This document shows, piece by piece, positions 1 to 10,793 of a stretch of DNA of 64,000 bases (the stretch's first letter is position 1; every line of letters starts with the position of its first letter). Below the pieces are notes generated by a model. The model saw nothing but the letters and a program-made list of their open reading frames with translations, was not told where the DNA came from and made no database searches. The position numbers were made by a program, and so were the translations under genes. This stretch comes from Bacteroidaceae bacterium. Lineage in GTDB: Bacteria > Pseudomonadota > Gammaproteobacteria > Pseudomonadales > Moraxellaceae. Location: positions 13,374-77,373 of the forward strand of contig CAVBYE010000011.1 of NCBI GenBank assembly GCA_963599285.1, written 5' to 3'.

Positions 1-426
1 AACATTTTCGTTTACGTACCTCGTCAGGTACCGCTCGAATTCTTAATGTTCGCGATTGTGGTGTTTATTGTTTTACTTGGCATTATTCTGTACCAACGTG
101 GTGGTGCAATCCAAAAGATTGTAGATACCAAAACCGATGTAACTGATGTACGTGCAGCGACGATTGTTGACTTTATTTATGCGATTATCCTGCTGATTTT
201 CAAAGAGTGGAGCAATATTCCAATGAGTACCACATGGGTATTCTTAGGTTTACTTGCAGGTCGTGAGTTTGCGATCTCGATGATTGTTAATCATGTAAGT
301 AAACACCGCACTTCACGTAATGTCAGCAAAGATGCCATGAAGTTAATGTTTGGTTTGGCCTTATCTGTTATCTTGGCTACTACATTGCCGTGGTTCTATG
401 ACTTTGTGACCGCGTTGGCCGCATAA
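1..426 (+). CDS. C-terminal fragment of an integral membrane protein, tentatively a PiT/PHO4-like transporter. The gene starts upstream of the window.
   Basis: Frame 1 is open from base 1 with no stop before the listed ORF at 46. The sequence is hydrophobic with TM-like segments, and the motif MSTTWVFLGLLAGRE resembles the PHO4/PiT signature. The family assignment is tentative. Confidence 0.45.
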   Translation, partial: NIFVYVPRQVPLEFLMFAIVVFIVLLGIILYQRGGAIQKIVDTKTDVTDVRAATIVDFIYAIILLIFKEWSNIPMSTTWVFLGLLAGREFAISMIVNHVSKHRTSRNVSKDAMKLMFGLALSVILATTLPWFYDFVTALAA

Positions 427-448
427 GCTTAAAGATCATATCAAATAG

Positions 449-477
449 AAAAAGCGAGCATCGGGCTCGCTTTTTTT
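449..477. terminator. Bidirectional rho-independent terminator between convergent genes
   Basis: The GC stem GCGAGC/GCTCGC (454-459 and 465-470) is flanked by an A-run upstream and T7 downstream. Confidence 0.7.
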
Positions 478-489
478 ATGGGCATATTT

Positions 490-1110
490 TTACACCACGA
501 AGTTTTTTGGTGCAGATAAATTTTTTAAAGCATTATAAATATCTTGGACGTTATTACACACAATCAGTTTGGCGCGGTGCTGAGGCGGTAAAAAGCCTTC
601 AGTGACTGCATGGTCGAGCTGGCTAATTAAGGCATTGTAGAAGCCATTGACGTTATACAGCATCATGGGTTTTTGGTGTTGATTGAGCTGCCCCCATGTG
701 GCGATCTCTAAAATTTCTTCAAAAGTACCCAGTCCTCCAGGTAATGCAACAAAGGCACTAGCACGTTCAGCCATAATAGCTTTACGCTCGTGCATGGTAC
801 GTACCACATGCAGTTCAGTAAGATTACTGTGTGCACGTTCATAATCGAGCATAAATTCCGGAATCACGCCCACCGCTTCACCGCCGTGTTGAATCACGGT
901 GTCGGCAACTTGTCCCATCAGCCCAATACTGGCTCCGCCATAGACCAAGCCAAAGCCGTGCTCGGCAAGCCCTTGCGCTAAGTCGGTTGCCGCTTGTAAA
1001 TAAATCGGATGGTTGCCCAAACGGGAACCGCAATATAAAGCAATTAAAGGTTGAGTGGTTTGAATTTGATTTGGATTTAAAGCTTCAGGCATTTTTACTT
1101 CGCTATTCAT
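490..1110 (-). CDS. LOG family protein (TIGR00730-type Rossmann fold nucleotide 5'-monophosphate nucleosidase)
   Basis: The 206-aa protein carries the characteristic PGGLGTFEE motif and the GGASIGLMG glycine-rich segment. Confidence 0.85.
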   Translation of the reverse strand: MNSEVKMPEALNPNQIQTTQPLIALYCGSRLGNHPIYLQAATDLAQGLAEHGFGLVYGGASIGLMGQVADTVIQHGGEAVGVIPEFMLDYERAHSNLTELHVVRTMHERKAIMAERASAFVALPGGLGTFEEILEIATWGQLNQHQKPMMLYNVNGFYNALISQLDHAVTEGFLPPQHRAKLIVCNNVQDIYNALKNLSAPKNFVV

Positions 1111-1381
1111 TTTTATTGTTCACCTTGAGTATTTTCGTTTTTCTAGCATTAGTCTATGCAAAATATGTGACAGTTTGACTCACACACAACAAAACAGAAG
1201 ATGCGTTCGCTAATCGTGATAAAACAGGTGAATTTCGAAAAAATCTTACCTATACTGAAATTCACTTTAATAACACAGTAACTTCTATGAGTAGTGGTAG
1301 TGGTTGGCATCGCTCCGAGAAAATAAGCTTCAATCATAATATCCTGTTGCATACACAGGCGAAGATGTGGGAGATCCTTCG

Positions 1382-2962
1382 ATGATTTTTGAATGGATGT
1401 CAGATCCCGCAGCGTGGGTGGGTTTAGCCACGTTAATTATTTTAGAAATTGTCTTGGGGATTGATAACCTCGTCTTTATTGCCATTTTGGCAGAAAAACT
1501 TCCTCCTGAACAACGCAATACTGCCCGCATTTTAGGATTAATGCTGGCTTTGGGTATGCGTTTAATTCTACTTGCCTCGATTGCATGGGTGGTCACTTTA
1601 ACCGCACCACTCTTCCATGTCTTGGATCATCCATTCTCAGGGCGTGACCTGATTATGCTGTTTGGTGGGGTATTCTTGCTCTTTAAAGGCACCATGGAGC
1701 TGCGTGAGCGTCTTGAAAGTAAGCCCGTGCAAAAGGAAGAAAATCCTGTGCATGCGGTATTCTGGATGGTGATCGTACAAATTGTAGTGCTCGATGCCGT
1801 GTTCTCGCTCGACAGTGTGATTACCGCTGTAGGGATGGTGAAAGACTTATCCGTGATGATGATCGCCGTGATTGTGGCCATGATCATTATGTTGTGGGCA
1901 TCTAAAGCCTTAATGGACTTTGTGAATAAGCATCCGACGGTGGTTATTCTGTGTCTGTGCTTCTTAATGATGATTGGTTTTTCCTTGTTGGTCGAAGGCT
2001 TTGGTTTCCATATTCCAAAAGGCTACTTATACGCAGCGATTGGCTTCTCGGTGCTGATTGAATTCTTAAATCAACTCATGCGTCGTAACCAAGAAAAATT
2101 AGTCACCACAACTGACTTGCGTTACCGTACCGCTTCTGCCGTGATGCGTATGCTGGGGGGTAAAAGCCAAGATGCACCGCAGCACGTAGATGATGTATTG
2201 GCAACACGTGCCTTTGCCGATGAAGTGTTTGATGAAGACAACGGTGTTTATCACAGTGTAATGGTGCAAGGGGTACTGGGTTTATCTGAGCGCCCAGTGA
2301 AGTCCGTCATGACACCGCGTCCTGAATTGGAATGGCTGGATTTAGATGCACCAGAGGCAGAAATTCGCAGTCAATTACTGAGCATTACCCATTCACGTTT
2401 AATTGTTGCACATGGTGAATTAGATAATATTGCCGGCATTGTACTGACCCACAAAGTCCTGAACGAATATGTGGAAACAGGGGTGCTTAACTTTGAGAAG
2501 CATCTGCGCGAGCCAGTGATTGTGCATGAAAATGCCCAAGTGTTGATGGTGATGGAGCAATTACGTCAGGCACCGTTACAAATGGCTATTGTGCTCAATG
2601 AATATGGTTCAATTGAAGGGATCGCTACGCCAATTGACGTACTTGAAGCCATTGCAGGTGAGTTCCCAGATGAAGATGAATTAGACAGCACTGCAGAAAG
2701 CCTCGAAGATGGTACCTTGATGCTTGATGGTTCAACGGATATTCGCCATGTCTCGTTACTGTTAGGGCGTGATTTGGTCGATGACGCGGAAGAGTACTCA
2801 ACCCTGTCGGGCTATATTTTATTCCACTTGGGTCGTTTACCTGAAAATGGTGAAAAAATTCAAGTCGATGGTCATATCTTTGAGGTGGTGACTATGGATG
2901 GACATAAAATTGAAAAAGTGCACATTATGCAGATGGTGAGCAAAACACCGAAGGCACATTAA
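1382..2962 (+). CDS. TerC-family membrane protein with C-terminal CBS pair and CorC/HlyC domain (YoaE-like)
   Basis: The N-terminus [26 protein letters not shown] matches the TerC signature. The C-terminal half has a CBS/CorC-like layout. ATG 1382 is preferred over GTG 1367 because GGAGA lies 7 nt upstream. Confidence 0.85.
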   Translation: MIFEWMSDPAAWVGLATLIILEIVLGIDNLVFIAILAEKLPPEQRNTARILGLMLALGMRLILLASIAWVVTLTAPLFHVLDHPFSGRDLIMLFGGVFLLFKGTMELRERLESKPVQKEENPVHAVFWMVIVQIVVLDAVFSLDSVITAVGMVKDLSVMMIAVIVAMIIMLWASKALMDFVNKHPTVVILCLCFLMMIGFSLLVEGFGFHIPKGYLYAAIGFSVLIEFLNQLMRRNQEKLVTTTDLRYRTASAVMRMLGGKSQDAPQHVDDVLATRAFADEVFDEDNGVYHSVMVQGVLGLSERPVKSVMTPRPELEWLDLDAPEAEIRSQLLSITHSRLIVAHGELDNIAGIVLTHKVLNEYVETGVLNFEKHLREPVIVHENAQVLMVMEQLRQAPLQMAIVLNEYGSIEGIATPIDVLEAIAGEFPDEDELDSTAESLEDGTLMLDGSTDIRHVSLLLGRDLVDDAEEYSTLSGYILFHLGRLPENGEKIQVDGHIFEVVTMDGHKIEKVHIMQMVSKTPKAH

Positions 2963-2984
2963 TTTAGAGCAAACTTGGTTAAAA

Positions 2985-3011
2985 TAGCTCGCATTGTCGA
3001 GCTATTTTTTT
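2985..3011 (+). terminator. Rho-independent terminator
   Basis: The stem TAGCTCG/CGAGCTA is followed by T7. Confidence 0.7.
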
Positions 3012-3019
3012 GAGTTGAT

Positions 3020-3484
3020 ATGTCTAATCTATGTCCCTGTGGCAGTGCCGATTACAGCAATTGCTGCCAACCTTTACATTTAGGTCAAGTAATGGCAAGC
3101 AGTGCAGCGCAATTAATGCGTTCACGTTATAGCGCCTTTGCCAAACATGATATTCGTTATATTGTGGCCACCACAGCCCTGTTGCAACAAGCGCATTTAG
3201 ATGTGGCAGCCATTGAAGCATGGAGTAAAGCCAACCAATGGCTCAAGCTTGAAGTGGTGCAGGCCAAAGAAAAGCTTGCGAAACATCATGCCCAAGTTGA
3301 ATTTAAAGCCCATTATCATGATGGCACCCAAGCACAGGTGCATCATGAAGTCTCGCACTTTGTACAACACAATGGATTATGGTATTTCTTAGATCCAACC
3401 ACAGATTATCAACCTAGTATGAAGCAGCCATGTGTCTGTGGTTCGGGGAAAAAATTTAAGCAATGCTGTGCACAATTCATTTAA
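3020..3484 (+). CDS. ychJ: YchJ family protein (UPF0225, SEC-C motifs at both ends)
   Basis: The N-terminal CPCGS...CC and C-terminal CVCGSGKKFKQCC SEC-C zinc motifs, the MRSRYSAF segment and the 154-aa size all match YchJ. Confidence 0.85.
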   Translation: MSNLCPCGSADYSNCCQPLHLGQVMASSAAQLMRSRYSAFAKHDIRYIVATTALLQQAHLDVAAIEAWSKANQWLKLEVVQAKEKLAKHHAQVEFKAHYHDGTQAQVHHEVSHFVQHNGLWYFLDPTTDYQPSMKQPCVCGSGKKFKQCCAQFI

Positions 3485-3533
3485 ATTTGGCTTAGAATAG
3501 CGCGCACGAATTAGCCTATACGGAAACAAGGCG

Positions 3534-4178
3534 ATGTTACTCACGGTTATTTATATTATTGCAATTACGGCTGAAGCGATGACAGGTGCACTGTCTGCAG
3601 GTCGGCGTAGTATGGATTGGTTTGGTGTGATGATTATCGCCTGTGTGACGGCCCTAGGGGGCGGTTCAGTGCGTGATGTGCTGTTAGGTCACTATCCTTT
3701 AACTTGGGTCAAACATCCTGAATATTTGGTGCTCACTTGCTGTGCGGCGTTCTTTACCATTGTGATTGCAAAATGGATGCGCCATTTACGCTCCATGTTC
3801 TTAATTCTAGATGCACTCGGTTTAATTGGTTTTACCATTATTGGCTGCCAAATTGCATTAGAAATGGGACATGGTTTTGTGGTCTCTGCCGTAGCAGGGG
3901 TACTGACAGGGGTTTCGGGCGGGATTTTACGTGATATCTTGTGTAATGACGTTCCGTTAGTGTTCCGCCGTGAACTGTATGCCAGCATTTCCTTTGTGGC
4001 GGTGATTTGTTATTGGTTCTGTCTACATTTAGGCTTATCGCTTGAGCTCACCATTATTACCACCTTAGTGTTTGGTTTCTCGTTGCGTTGTATTGCCATT
4101 TACTTTGGCTTAGAAATGCCGAAATTTATTTATAAAGAAGATGATGAACAATCTGCCTCTTCTAAAGATGCCTCTTAA
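3534..4178 (+). CDS. Trimeric intracellular cation channel-like / UPF0126 family membrane protein (YadS/YicG-like)
   Basis: The glycine-rich motif is duplicated (GGGSVRDVLLG and SGGILRDILC), as is typical of the two UPF0126 repeats. Seven hydrophobic segments are present. Confidence 0.8.
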   Translation: MLLTVIYIIAITAEAMTGALSAGRRSMDWFGVMIIACVTALGGGSVRDVLLGHYPLTWVKHPEYLVLTCCAAFFTIVIAKWMRHLRSMFLILDALGLIGFTIIGCQIALEMGHGFVVSAVAGVLTGVSGGILRDILCNDVPLVFRRELYASISFVAVICYWFCLHLGLSLELTIITTLVFGFSLRCIAIYFGLEMPKFIYKEDDEQSASSKDAS

Positions 4179-4305
4179 TTTCTAGGCGTAGCTGCTGCCC
4201 ATGATGCATGACATATTGGGCAGGCATTGGGCATCCGACACAAAACAAAAATTACTCCTGTTGTGAAAGCAGCACGTGTCCTTTCACCAATTCAGAGCAT
4301 TTGTT

Positions 4306-5625
4306 ATGGATTTAGTTTCTCGGATTCAGCGCTTACCGATTGGTAAGTTTCACTATACCTTATTGTGGGTGATCGGACTCGGTTGGATGTTCGATGCCAT
4401 GGATACCGGCTTAATCTCCTTTATTTTAGCCAAAATGGCGGAAGATTGGGCCATGACCCCAACGGAAAAGGGCTGGGTGGTGTCCATTGGTTTTGTGGGG
4501 ATGGCGATTGGTGCGGTGTGTTCAGGTGCATTAGCCGATCGCATTGGGCGCAAAACCGTGTTTGCCACTACTTTGGTCATTTATAGTCTGGCAACCGCAG
4601 CCTGTGCATTTGCACCGAATTTAACTTGGTTGTTGGTGTTTCGCTTTGTGGTGGGTTTAGGTCTTGGTGGACAGTTACCTGTCGCAGTGACCTTGGTCAG
4701 TGAGTATATTCCGGCACATGTGCGCGGACGCTTTATTGTATTACTGGAAAGTTTTTGGGGCTTAGGCTGGCTCTGTGCAGCACTGGTGGCTTACTTTGTG
4801 ATTCCTAAATTTGACTGGCATATGGCCTTTTTAATTGGGGGATTACCTGCTTTATATGCGATTGTGATTTGGAAAATGGTGCCCGAATCGATCCCTTATT
4901 TAATTAATCGCGGGCGTATTCAAGAAGCACATGATCTCGTACAACGCATTGAACGCAAATGTGGGGTCGAGGTGGTTCAGCAGATTGAAGTGCCGCAAGT
5001 GGCTGCACAGCAGAGTATTTCATTTAAACAGTTGTGGTCGGGGGTATTTGCACGTCGTACCTTAATGCTGTGGCTGATTTGGTTTGGCATTGTTTATTCG
5101 TACTACGGCATCTTCACATGGTTACCAAGCTTATTGGTTAAACAAGGCTATAGCATTGTGCAATCGTTTGAATATGTGTTAATCATGATTCTGGCGCAAT
5201 TGCCCGGTTATATTGTGGCAGCATGGCTGGTTGAATGGTGGGGCCGTAAAGCGACTTTGGCGGTGTTTATTGGTATGTGTGCCATTTCTGCCTACTTCTT
5301 TGGTCAAGCCGATAGCGTGGCGCTGATTATGCTGTGGGGCTGTTTACTGTCGTTCTTTAACTTAGGGGCTTGGGGCGTATTGTATACCTATACACCTGAG
5401 CAGTACCCAACCAATATTCGCGCCTTTGGTTCAGGATGGGCAGCAGCTATTGGTCGTATTGGCGGTATTGTTGCACCTATGGCGGTGACGCACTTAATGG
5501 TCAAAGACCAAGGCTTTAGTTATGTCTTTATGATGTTTACGGCGGTGTTGGTGGCTGTCGCATTGGTGATTTTGGTCTTAGGTGAAGAAACCAAAGGCCG
5601 AACTTTAGAATCTATTTCAAAATGA
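4306..5625 (+). CDS. MFS transporter (sugar-porter/metabolite subfamily)
   Basis: The protein has a 12-TM pattern and the MFS loop motifs GALADRIGRK and GRK. ATG 4306 (MDLVSRIQ) is preferred over the longest ORF start. Confidence 0.8.
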   Translation: MDLVSRIQRLPIGKFHYTLLWVIGLGWMFDAMDTGLISFILAKMAEDWAMTPTEKGWVVSIGFVGMAIGAVCSGALADRIGRKTVFATTLVIYSLATAACAFAPNLTWLLVFRFVVGLGLGGQLPVAVTLVSEYIPAHVRGRFIVLLESFWGLGWLCAALVAYFVIPKFDWHMAFLIGGLPALYAIVIWKMVPESIPYLINRGRIQEAHDLVQRIERKCGVEVVQQIEVPQVAAQQSISFKQLWSGVFARRTLMLWLIWFGIVYSYYGIFTWLPSLLVKQGYSIVQSFEYVLIMILAQLPGYIVAAWLVEWWGRKATLAVFIGMCAISAYFFGQADSVALIMLWGCLLSFFNLGAWGVLYTYTPEQYPTNIRAFGSGWAAAIGRIGGIVAPMAVTHLMVKDQGFSYVFMMFTAVLVAVALVILVLGEETKGRTLESISK

Positions 5626-5646
5626 TGTTGCAATAAACGTCATAAA

Positions 5647-5687
5647 ATGTCGCAGAAGGATTTGCAGCTAGGTTTCCTCTGCGACAT
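5647..5687 (+). terminator. Strong hairpin downstream of the MFS gene, a possible terminator that lacks a U-tract
   Basis: A perfect 10-bp stem ATGTCGCAGA/TCTGCGACAT lies at 5647-5656 and 5678-5687. No T-run follows, so its function is uncertain. Confidence 0.35.
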
Positions 5688-5738
5688 CGCATTATAATTC
5701 AAACAGACAAGAACACGATTTTAGGACTATAGGTTGTT

Positions 5739-7958
5739 ATGACAAGCCTTGCGCATCATGCGACAGAAAACCGCTCCGTAGCAGAATTTACCGAACAAGC
5801 TTACTTAAACTATGCCATGTACGTGATTATGGACCGTGCATTGCCACACATTAGTGATGGTTTAAAACCCGTACAGCGCCGTATTGTGTATGCGATGAGT
5901 GAGCTGGGCTTAAAACCAACTGGAAAACCCAAAAAATCAGCCCGTACCGTGGGGGATGTATTGGGTAAATACCATCCGCATGGTGACTCCGCGTGTTATG
6001 AAGCCATGGTACTGATGGCGCAGCCGTTTAGCTATCGTTATCCGTTTATTGAAGGCCAAGGCAACTGGGGTTCACCCGATGATCCGAAGTCTTTTGCAGC
6101 AATGCGTTATACCGAAGCCAAATTGTCTGCCTATAGTGACTTGTTATTGTCGGAATTGGGTCAAGGCACCTGTGATTGGCAGGACAACTTCGACGGTTCC
6201 ATGAAAGAGCCGGTGAATTTACCAGCGCGTGTACCCAATATTCTGATGAACGGTACCACAGGTATTGCTGTGGGGATGGCCACCGATATTCCACCGCACA
6301 ATCTACGTGAAGTGGTCAAAGGCACGATTGCCTTAATTCGGAATCCAAATTTAAGTGATGAGAAAGTCGCAGAATATATTCCGGCACCAGACTTACCAAC
6401 CAAAGCGGAAATCATCAGCTCACCCGCTGACTTATTGAAGATTCAGACCACTGGTCGTGGTAGTTACCGCATGCGTGCGGTGTACAGTGTCGAAAAAAAT
6501 GAGATTGTGATTACCGAGCTGCCTTACCAAGTGTCGGGCTCTAAAATTATTACTCAAATTGCCGACCAAATGCAGGCCAAAAAATTGCCATTGGTCAGTG
6601 ATTTACGTGATGAATCGGATCATCAAAACCCCACCCGTTTGGTCATTGTGTTACGTTCAAATCGCATTGATGCCGAAGCGGTGATGAGTCATTTATTTGC
6701 CACCACGGATTTAGAGTCAAGTTATCGTGTCAATCTGAATATGATTGGTGCCGATGGCCGCCCGCAAGTGAAATCAATCCGTCGTATTTTGTTGGAATGG
6801 ATTGAAATCCGTAAGCAAACGGTGACACGTCGTTTAAGCTACCATTTAAATAAAATCGAAAAACGTCTGCATATTTTAGGCGGTTTATTGGTGGCCTATT
6901 TAAATGTCGACGAAGTGATTCGCATCATTCGTGAAGAAGATGAGCCTAAAGCGGTGTTAATGGCACAATTTGGTTTAGATGCTATTCAAGCGGATGCCAT
7001 TTTAGATTTAAAACTGCGTCATTTGGCTAAACTTGAAGAGCAAAATATTCGTGCTGAGCAAGCCGATTTAGAAGCCAAAGCGACGGTGATTCGTGAGCAA
7101 TTGGCAAATCCTGATGCATTGAAAAACCTCATTATCACAGAACTCAAAGAAGACGCGAAAAAATTTGGCGATGCACGTCGTTCGCCACTGGTGGCACGTC
7201 AAGAAGCGACTGCGATTAGTGAACAAGATATGCTGCCTGCAGATCCGGTCACCGTCGTGATTTCAGAAGCAGGTTGGGTACGTTGTGCTAAAGGCCATGA
7301 TGTAGATGTGGAAAACCTAAGCTTCCGCGCAGGTGACCAATACTTGAGTCATGCACAAGGTAAGTCCAACCAGCGTGCCTATTTATTGGATGATGCAGGA
7401 CGTAGTTATGCATTGGCCATTAACCAGTTGCCATCGGCACGTGGATTTGGCGAACCCCTCAGCTCCAAGCTTAGTCCTGCAAGCGGTATCGGCTTTAAAC
7501 AGGTGTTTATTGCTGACGATGACGCTGAAATTTTAGTCTTGGGTAGTAAAGGTTTTGGCTTTAAAACTCAAGCCAAACAACTAGATACCAATGCGAAAGC
7601 GGGTAAAGCCTTCTTAAACTTGCCAGAAAATAGCCAAATGCTTCCAATTGTTGCTATTGAGAATTTTAGCCATGTTGCTGTACTCAGTTCTGGTGGTAGA
7701 GTGCTAATCACCGAACTGTCGGAATTACCAATTCTCAACAAAGGTAAGGGGAATAAGCTGATACAACTAGAGGATAAAGAACAGATTACTTGTGCTGTAT
7801 TGTTAAATTTAGACGAAGTAATTCATATATTTGCAGGTCAACAACAACTCAAACTCAAGGGTGAGGATCTACTCAAATATGTGGGTAAGCGTGCGTCAAA
7901 AGGGCAACTCTTACCACGTGGATATCAGAAAGCCAATAAACTGTTCGTTCAAAGATAA
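5739..7958 (+). CDS. parC: DNA topoisomerase IV subunit A
   Basis: The 739-aa protein has the GyrA/ParC N-terminal signature ([23 protein letters not shown], active-site AAMRYTE). It lacks a GyrA box and has a ParC-type C-terminus. Confidence 0.95.
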   Translation: MTSLAHHATENRSVAEFTEQAYLNYAMYVIMDRALPHISDGLKPVQRRIVYAMSELGLKPTGKPKKSARTVGDVLGKYHPHGDSACYEAMVLMAQPFSYRYPFIEGQGNWGSPDDPKSFAAMRYTEAKLSAYSDLLLSELGQGTCDWQDNFDGSMKEPVNLPARVPNILMNGTTGIAVGMATDIPPHNLREVVKGTIALIRNPNLSDEKVAEYIPAPDLPTKAEIISSPADLLKIQTTGRGSYRMRAVYSVEKNEIVITELPYQVSGSKIITQIADQMQAKKLPLVSDLRDESDHQNPTRLVIVLRSNRIDAEAVMSHLFATTDLESSYRVNLNMIGADGRPQVKSIRRILLEWIEIRKQTVTRRLSYHLNKIEKRLHILGGLLVAYLNVDEVIRIIREEDEPKAVLMAQFGLDAIQADAILDLKLRHLAKLEEQNIRAEQADLEAKATVIREQLANPDALKNLIITELKEDAKKFGDARRSPLVARQEATAISEQDMLPADPVTVVISEAGWVRCAKGHDVDVENLSFRAGDQYLSHAQGKSNQRAYLLDDAGRSYALAINQLPSARGFGEPLSSKLSPASGIGFKQVFIADDDAEILVLGSKGFGFKTQAKQLDTNAKAGKAFLNLPENSQMLPIVAIENFSHVAVLSSGGRVLITELSELPILNKGKGNKLIQLEDKEQITCAVLLNLDEVIHIFAGQQQLKLKGEDLLKYVGKRASKGQLLPRGYQKANKLFVQR

Positions 7959-8011
7959 TGCTGGTCTTTCAGCCATGATAGCCGTATATATTTGAATCGT
8001 GAGAATGGATG

Positions 8012-8054
8012 CAATGCTGCACATCACACGTAAAACAACATTGGTGCAGCATTG
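8012..8054. repeat. Perfect 11-bp inverted repeat (CAATGCTGCAC / GTGCAGCATTG) with a 21-nt spacer, 43 nt upstream of fadD
   Basis: Read directly from the sequence at 8012-8022 and 8044-8054. No U-tract is present on either strand. Confidence 0.9.
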
Positions 8055-8096
8055 AAAACAAAAGTGAAAACGAAAGAATTGGGAGACATTTGGGTT

Positions 8097-9773
8097 ATGG
8101 AAAAGATCTGGTTCAGTGAGTATGAAAAGACAGGCATTCCCGAAACAGTTGAATTGCCTTCAGAAAATACCTCTTTAGTGGATATTTTTGAAAAAAACTT
8201 CCAAAAGTTTGGCTCGCGTGATGCATTTATCTTTATGGATAAGGCGTTAACCTTTAATGACTTAAATGAAGAAAGTCAGAAGTTTGCAGCGTATCTACAA
8301 AGTTTAGGCCTCGCAAAGGGCACACGTGTTGCGGTAATGATGCCCAATATCTTGCAATATCCTGTCGTGGCGATTGGGGTATTTCGTGCCGGTCTCGTGT
8401 TGGTCAATGTTAATCCACTGTATACCTCTCGTGAGCTTGAGCATCAACTCAATGACTCGGGTGCAGAAGTGTTGGTGATTGTGGAAAACTTTGCCACTGT
8501 GTACCAAAAAATTATGGGTAAGACGCCAGTCAAGCATGTGGTTGTGGCCTCAGTGGGCGATATGCTCGGTGTGCTGAAAGGGAGCTTAGTGAATTTTGTT
8601 TTACGTTCGGTACGTAAACAGATTCCAAGCTGGGACATTCCGGGACACATTAAATTTAATGCGGCCTTAGCTAAAGTGAGTCCAAGTCAGTATAAACGTC
8701 CACAGTTAACCTTAAGCGATACGGCGGTCTTACAATATACCGGTGGTACGACAGGGGTGTCTAAAGGCGCTGAGCTGACCCATCGTAACTTGGTGGCCAA
8801 TCTGTTGCAGTGTGATGGCATTTTCCAAAGTAAATTTGGTCAGCAAGATGGTGCGCCGAACGACCGTATTTTCTGTGCGCTGCCGCTGTATCATATTTTT
8901 GCCTTTATGGTCTGTGCTTTATATGGCATGTACAAAGGTCAAGCCAACGTGTTAATTCCTAACCCGCGTGATCTACCTGCGGTGATGAAAGAATTACGTA
9001 AGTATCAACCGACCTTCTTCCCTGCTGTAAACACGCTGTTTAATGCACTTGTAAATAACGAAGAATTTAAACAACTTGACCACAGTAAGCTTAAAATGGC
9101 GATGGGGGGCGGCATGGCTGTGCTGCCATCGACGGCTGAGGCATGGAAAAAAATTACCGGCAGCAACATTATTGAAGGCTATGGTTTATCAGAGACATCG
9201 CCTGTTGCCACCGCCAATCCGCCAACTTCAACTGAATTTAGCGGCACCATTGGGATTCCTATTCCACTGACTGAAGTGGCGATTTTGGATGATGACGGTA
9301 ATGAATTGGCACTAGGTGAGCAGGGTGAAATCTGTATCCGTGGCCCACAGGTGATGAAAGGCTATTGGAACCGTCCGGACGAGACTGAAAAAGTCATGGT
9401 CAATGGCTTCTTCCGTACCGGTGATATTGGCATTATGAATGATCGTGGTTATGTCAAAATTGTCGATCGTAAAAAAGACATGATTTTAGTGTCTGGATTT
9501 AATGTCTATCCTTCTGAAATTGAAGAAGTCATTGCCAAACATCCAAAAGTCCTCGAAGTGGCTGCGATTGGGGTTGCGGATGAAAAATCAGGCGAAGTGC
9601 CAAAACTGTTTGTGGTGAAAAAAGACCCCTCTTTAACTACAGAAGAAGTTTTAGCCTTTGCCAAAGAAAACTTAACCGGCTATAAGCGTCCGCGTTATGT
9701 GGAGTTTATGGATGAATTACCAAAATCTAATGTGGGTAAAATCCTGCGTAAAGATTTACGTAAAACAGCTTAA
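8097..9773 (+). CDS. fadD: Long-chain fatty acid--CoA ligase
   Basis: The protein has the AMP-binding motif YTGGTTGVSKGA, GYGLSE, and a C-terminal GKILRK. The N-terminus MEKIWFSEY resembles FadD starts. GGGAGA lies upstream of ATG 8097. Confidence 0.9.
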   Translation: MEKIWFSEYEKTGIPETVELPSENTSLVDIFEKNFQKFGSRDAFIFMDKALTFNDLNEESQKFAAYLQSLGLAKGTRVAVMMPNILQYPVVAIGVFRAGLVLVNVNPLYTSRELEHQLNDSGAEVLVIVENFATVYQKIMGKTPVKHVVVASVGDMLGVLKGSLVNFVLRSVRKQIPSWDIPGHIKFNAALAKVSPSQYKRPQLTLSDTAVLQYTGGTTGVSKGAELTHRNLVANLLQCDGIFQSKFGQQDGAPNDRIFCALPLYHIFAFMVCALYGMYKGQANVLIPNPRDLPAVMKELRKYQPTFFPAVNTLFNALVNNEEFKQLDHSKLKMAMGGGMAVLPSTAEAWKKITGSNIIEGYGLSETSPVATANPPTSTEFSGTIGIPIPLTEVAILDDDGNELALGEQGEICIRGPQVMKGYWNRPDETEKVMVNGFFRTGDIGIMNDRGYVKIVDRKKDMILVSGFNVYPSEIEEVIAKHPKVLEVAAIGVADEKSGEVPKLFVVKKDPSLTTEEVLAFAKENLTGYKRPRYVEFMDELPKSNVGKILRKDLRKTA

Positions 9774-9800
9774 AAAAAGCGCCCGAAAGGGCGCTTTTTT
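9774..9800. terminator. Bidirectional rho-independent terminator
   Basis: The stem GCGCCC-GAAA-GGGCGC is flanked by A7 and T6. Confidence 0.75.
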
Positions 9801-10200
9801 ATTTTAATGATGAAGTTTGATCATTTTTCATCAGCCAACGATCAATATAAGGTCGACCGATGCCAAGAATCCATAAAAACACCAACATGGTGCCGCATTG
9901 GCGACCAAAGGCATTTGTATTAAAAGCCGCATAACTATACAAGTTGTCTGCGACACAATAGAGAATCACTACAGTCGCCCAGTGCCAAAGCACATGACGT
10001 TTAATCCCCACCATCCAAAAGGCCAAGGTCATCATGATAATGGTGCCTAATGTGGACAATACATTAAAGTTGGCACAGATCATTGCCAATAAAAATGCCA
10101 CAATCGGTAAAACAATTTTGAGTACGCCATCAACACGGCGTTGATGAAGCTTTTGCTGCTCGAGGACAGCCAACATGTTCTGTTGTTCTTGATCGTGCAT
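9799..10200 (-). CDS. Hypothetical inner-membrane protein
   Basis: The ORF has four predicted hydrophobic helices. No family was recognised. The start was set at the internal ATG (MHDQEQQ). Confidence 0.5.
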   Translation of the reverse strand: MHDQEQQNMLAVLEQQKLHQRRVDGVLKIVLPIVAFLLAMICANFNVLSTLGTIIMMTLAFWMVGIKRHVLWHWATVVILYCVADNLYSYAAFNTNAFGRQCGTMLVFLWILGIGRPYIDRWLMKNDQTSSLK

Positions 10201-10293
10201 AACCCAACCTAAGTGCAATTGTCGCAAAGGCTCTATTTAACAAAATTGCCATGCTATGATGCAAGCTTAGTGCAACTTGAGAATGAAGATAAG

Positions 10294-10698
10294 ATGCAAA
10301 GTATCAGTGGAATTATTTACCTGATTTTAATTGCCTGTTTGCTCCCCTACGTTTTTGCCATTATTGCCAAAGTCGCAGGTGGCTTTCGTGCCCAAGATAA
10401 TCAACATCCACGTGAGTTTTTAGCCAAAACCACAGGTTTAGCCGCTCGCGCACATGCGGTACAGCAAAACAGTTTTGAGGGCTTACCGCTGTTTATTGCG
10501 GCAATCTTAGTGGCTGAATATATGGTACTGCCACAAAGTGTGGTCATGATCTTTGGGATTGCCTATATTGTACTGCGGGTGATCTATGGACTGTGCTACT
10601 TATTCAACCTTGCAACGCTGCGTTCAATTGTGTGGTTTATGGCGTTATCGTGTCCAGTTTTGTTATTGTTGCTGGTGATTAAGCTGACAGTGGGCTAA
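10294..10698 (+). CDS. MAPEG family membrane protein
   Basis: The ~135-aa protein has four TM segments and the segment HAVQQNSFEGLPLF, typical of bacterial MAPEG proteins. The start was set at ATG 10294 (MQSIS). Confidence 0.7.
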   Translation: MQSISGIIYLILIACLLPYVFAIIAKVAGGFRAQDNQHPREFLAKTTGLAARAHAVQQNSFEGLPLFIAAILVAEYMVLPQSVVMIFGIAYIVLRVIYGLCYLFNLATLRSIVWFMALSCPVLLLLLVIKLTVG

Positions 10699-10793
10699 AA
10701 AATCCTGTCGAGCGGTGTATAATCGCAGCCTGATTGAAAGGCAAAGTCGCTATAATTGCGCTTTGGACAACAGCTTAATTTGAGAGTGATGCT

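Noticed and set aside
1111-1381. Possible yybP-ykoY (manganese) riboswitch upstream of the TerC-family gene
   Set aside because: Only a weak GAGTAG-like match was found. The other conserved elements I remember (for example TTGACATA and AGCAAGACC) are absent. The CBS/CorC-fused YoaE-type genes are not typical riboswitch targets. An Infernal scan would settle the question.
8052-8096. Longer fadD N-terminus (MKTKVKTKELGDIWV...) from the ORF track
   Set aside because: The extension overlaps the 11-bp inverted repeat and is Lys-rich and non-homologous. ATG 8097 gives a FadD-like N-terminus and has GGGAGA upstream.
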